Source of the DNA: Wenzhouxiangella sp.
GTDB taxonomy: Bacteria > Pseudomonadota > Gammaproteobacteria > Xanthomonadales > Wenzhouxiangellaceae
Assembly (NCBI GenBank): GCA_007694055.1
Contig: RECK01000433.1
Span: 113-64,112 of the forward strand
Length of the DNA stretch: 64,000 nt
Direction of reading: 5' to 3'
The notes beneath the pieces were generated by a model, which ran no database searches, was not told the origin of the DNA, and worked only from the letters and a program-made list of their open reading frames with translations. Every line of letters begins with the position of its first letter. The stretch's first letter is position 1. Below, piece by piece: positions 61,075 to 64,000 of the stretch. Made by a program: the position numbers and the translations under genes.

Positions 61075-63117
61075 ATGACTGACAAGCGTCGCATCCTGGT
61101 TACCGCCGCCCTTCCCTACGCCAACGGCTCCATACACCTGGGCCACATGCTGGAATACATCCAGACCGATATCTGGGCCCGCTTCCAGCGCGCGCGCGGC
61201 CATGAGGTCTGGTTTGCCTGGGCCGACGACGCCCACGGCACCCCGATCATGCTCCATGCCGAAAAGCAGGGCAAGACCCCGGAAGCCCTGATCGAAGCCA
61301 TGCACGCCGAGCACCTGCGCGACTTCGACGATTTCGGCCTGTCCTACGACAACTTCGCCTCCACCCACAGCGAGACCAACCGCGGCCTGGTCGAGCGTAT
61401 CTGGCAGGGCCTGAACGACGGCGGCGCGGTGAGCAGTCGCGAGATTGAACAATTCTTCGATCCGGAACGCGGCATGTTCCTGCCCGACCGCTTCATCCGC
61501 GGCAGCTGTCCCAAGTGCGGCGCCGAAGACCAGTACGGCGATTCCTGCGAAGTGTGTGGCGCTACCTACAATCCGACCGAACTGGTCGAACCGCGCTCGG
61601 TGATTTCCGGGGCCCGCCCGATCATGAAGACCACCGAGCACTTCTTCGTCACCCTGGAGAAGTTCCGCGACAGCCTCAAGGGCTGGGTTCGATCCGGTGC
61701 CCTGCAGGACGAAGTGGCCAACAAGCTCGAAGAGTGGTTCGGCGAGCGCTTGCGCGACTGGGATGTAACCCGCGATGCCCCCTACTTCGGCTTTGCCATT
61801 CCCGGTCACCCGGACAAGTTTTTCTACGTCTGGCTGGATGCCCCGGTCGGCTACCTGGCCAGCTTCGCCGAGATCTGCCAGCGCGAGGGGCTGGATTTCG
61901 AGGAATGGGTGCGCCCCGACAGCCCGACCGAAATGCACCACTTCATCGGCAAGGACATCATCTACTTTCACTGCCTGTTCTGGCCGGCCATGCTCGAAGG
62001 GGCCGGCCTGCGCCGACCCACGGCCGTGCACGCCCACGGTTTTCTCACCGTCAACGGCGCCAAGATGTCAAAGTCGCGCGGCACCTTCATCAAGGCCCGA
62101 ACCTGGCTGGATGAGCTGCACCCGGACACGCTGCGCTACTACTTCGCGGCCAAGCTGGGCTCCGGCCTGGCCGATATCGATCTGAACCTGGACGACTTCC
62201 GCGCCCGGGTCAACGCCGACCTGGTCGGCAAGCTGGTCAATATCGCCAGCCGCTCGGCCGGGTTCATCCAAAAGCTGGGTGATGGCCGCCTGGCCGCAGC
62301 CCTGCCGGACCCGGATCTTTACCAACGCTTCGTCGACAGCCACGAGGCCATCGCTGCCGACTTCGAGAGTCGCAATTACCAGTTCGCGATCCGCCGCATC
62401 ATGGCCCTGGCCGACGAGGCCAACCGCTACATTGACGAGCACAAGCCCTGGGTGCTGGCCAAGGAAGAGGGAAAATCAGCGGACGTACTGGCCGTTTGCA
62501 CCCAGGGCATCAACCTGTTCCGGGTGATGATGACCTGGCTGGCCCCGGTAATCCCGCGCACGGCCGCAGCGGCCGCCGAGTTCCTGAACACCTCGCTGGA
62601 TGATTTCGATGCCATCGGCGAGCCGCTGCTGGACCATGCCCTGAACAAGTTCAAGCCGCTGCTCAGACGGGTCGAGCCCGAGCAGATCGAGCGCGTGCTG
62701 ACGGCCAGTCGCGAATCGCTGGCCGCGACATCCGCGCCGGCAACAGCAGCTGCCGAGACCCCGGCAAAAGCAGCAGCCAAGGAAGAGACTGACATGATCG
62801 AATTTCCCGAATTCGCCCGCGTCGACCTGCGCGTGGCACGCATCGTCAAGGCCGAAGAGGTTGAAGGTGCCGACAAGCTGCTGCGCCTGGAACTGGACAT
62901 CGGCACCGAAACCCGCCAGGTCTTCGCCGGCATCCGCGGCCACTACGACCCGGCCGAGCTGGAAGGCCGCCTGACCGTGATGGTCGCCAACCTGGCACCG
63001 AGAAAAATGCGCTTCGGGCTCTCCGAAGGCATGGTCCTGGCCGCCAGCGAAGACGGCGGCAAGCCGTATTTGCTCAGCCCCGACAGCGGCGCGAGCCCGG
63101 GGATGAAGGTTTCTTGA
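61075..63117 (+). CDS. metG: Methionyl-tRNA synthetase with C-terminal tRNA-binding domain
   Basis: [17 protein letters not shown]...CEVC zinc knuckle, [15 protein letters not shown]. Confidence 0.98.
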   Translation: MTDKRRILVTAALPYANGSIHLGHMLEYIQTDIWARFQRARGHEVWFAWADDAHGTPIMLHAEKQGKTPEALIEAMHAEHLRDFDDFGLSYDNFASTHSETNRGLVERIWQGLNDGGAVSSREIEQFFDPERGMFLPDRFIRGSCPKCGAEDQYGDSCEVCGATYNPTELVEPRSVISGARPIMKTTEHFFVTLEKFRDSLKGWVRSGALQDEVANKLEEWFGERLRDWDVTRDAPYFGFAIPGHPDKFFYVWLDAPVGYLASFAEICQREGLDFEEWVRPDSPTEMHHFIGKDIIYFHCLFWPAMLEGAGLRRPTAVHAHGFLTVNGAKMSKSRGTFIKARTWLDELHPDTLRYYFAAKLGSGLADIDLNLDDFRARVNADLVGKLVNIASRSAGFIQKLGDGRLAAALPDPDLYQRFVDSHEAIAADFESRNYQFAIRRIMALADEANRYIDEHKPWVLAKEEGKSADVLAVCTQGINLFRVMMTWLAPVIPRTAAAAAEFLNTSLDDFDAIGEPLLDHALNKFKPLLRRVEPEQIERVLTASRESLAATSAPATAAAETPAKAAAKEETDMIEFPEFARVDLRVARIVKAEEVEGADKLLRLELDIGTETRQVFAGIRGHYDPAELEGRLTVMVANLAPRKMRFGLSEGMVLAASEDGGKPYLLSPDSGASPGMKVS

Positions 63118-63120
63118 AAT

Positions 63121-63197
63121 GGGTAGAAGGGTAGAAGGGTAGAAGGAGAGAGGGAGTCAGAGACCCTCTTCCCCTCTCTCCCTCTTCCCATCTACCC
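63121..63197. repeat. Inverted pair of 8-nt periodic purine/pyrimidine tracts
   Basis: (GGGTAGAA)3 GGAGAGAG GGAG, a short spacer, then CCCTCTTCCCCTCTCTCCCTCTTCCCATCTACCC. Confidence 0.88.
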
Positions 63198-63206
63198 TGA
63201 CCATCA

Positions 63207-63785
63207 ATGGATCTCGTCCTCATCATCGTCTCGGCCGCGCTGGTCAACAACTTCGTACTGGTGAAGTTTTTGGGCCTGTGTCCGTTTCTCGGGGTTTCAA
63301 ACAGCGTGGAGTCGGCGATCGGCATGGCCCTGGCCACGGCCTTCGTGCTGACCCTGGCCTCGGTGGCCAGCTTCGTGCTCAGCCAGTGGCTGCTGGAACC
63401 GCTGGGGCTGACTTACCTGGCCACGGTCAGTTTCATCCTGGTCATTGCCGGCCTGGTCCAGATGACCGAGCTGTTCATGCGTCACACAGCACCCCTGCTG
63501 CATCGCGTGCTCGGCATCTACCTGCCGCTGATTACCAGCAACTGCGCTGTCCTGGGCGTGGCCCTGCTCAACGTGCGCGAACAACACAGCCTGCTGGAAT
63601 CCGCCCTGTACGGGCTGGGTGCCGCGCTGGGTTTCGGGCTGGTTCTCGTTGCCCTGGCCGCAGCCCGCGAACGCCTGGCCATGGCCGACGTTCCGGCCAG
63701 CTTTCGAGGCGCTCCGATCGGCCTGATCACGGCCGGACTGATGGCCCTGGCCTTCATGGGCTTTACCGGTTTTTACAGACTCTAG
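63207..63785 (+). CDS. rsxA: Rnf/Rsx complex subunit A
   Basis: [51 protein letters not shown]. Confidence 0.93.
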   Translation: MDLVLIIVSAALVNNFVLVKFLGLCPFLGVSNSVESAIGMALATAFVLTLASVASFVLSQWLLEPLGLTYLATVSFILVIAGLVQMTELFMRHTAPLLHRVLGIYLPLITSNCAVLGVALLNVREQHSLLESALYGLGAALGFGLVLVALAAARERLAMADVPASFRGAPIGLITAGLMALAFMGFTGFYRL

Positions 63786-63812
63786 AAAGGCTGGCCCGGA
63801 AGCCACGATTCC

Positions 63813-63998
63813 TCACTTACCGCTGCTGAAACGCACTCCCGTCAACAGCCAGCGACCCGGCAGCGGGGCAAAGCCGGCCTCGGCCTGCTCGCGATCCAGC
63901 AAGTTGGAACCTTCAACGAAAATCTCGGCCAGGCCGATCCGGCGGGCCAGGCGAGCGCTGACCCAGAGCGCGTTGGCATCACCCCGACGCTCGGCCCA
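63813..63998 (-). CDS. C-terminus of a probable TonB-dependent receptor or beta-barrel protein (5' part outside the window)
   Basis: Hand translation WAERRGDANALWVSARLARRIGLAEIFVEGSNLLDREQAEAGFAPLPGRWLLTGVRFSSGK*; NLLD...PGR...F pattern is typical of TBDR ends. Confidence 0.5.
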   Translation of the reverse strand, partial: WAERRGDANALWVSARLARRIGLAEIFVEGSNLLDREQAEAGFAPLPGRWLLTGVRFSSGK

Positions 63999-64000
63999 GC

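Overview
High-GC gammaproteobacterial chromosome segment; gene order is reminiscent of Xanthomonadales/Chromatiales-type organisms (inference). Left third (1-20.9 kb, minus strand) is a type VI secretion cluster resembling P. aeruginosa H1-T6SS: tagH/fha-tssJ-K-L(OmpA)-M-tagF-pppA, then tssA-B-C-hcp-tagJ-tssE-F-G-clpV. clpV runs off the left edge. vgrG, PAAR, effectors and the kinase ppkA are not in the window. An unexplained 88-aa gene sits convergent to pppA where ppkA normally lies. The rest is core genome: a fused 2-oxoacid dehydrogenase E1 plus glutaryl-CoA dehydrogenase, two c-type cytochromes, a 26-gene co-directional run from surE to nfuA, smr, sspAB, petABC, degS, dcd, apbC, metG, a solitary rnfA, and the 3' end of a probable TonB-dependent receptor. 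The intergenic DNA carries several 7-, 8- and 9-nt periodic repeats, two arranged as inverted pairs and one a six-tract G-quadruplex motif over a ribosome-binding site. hflX appears to need a non-canonical (CTG) start. No tRNA, rRNA, CRISPR array, transposase or integrase was recognised. All calls are from reading the sequence; no database searches were run.
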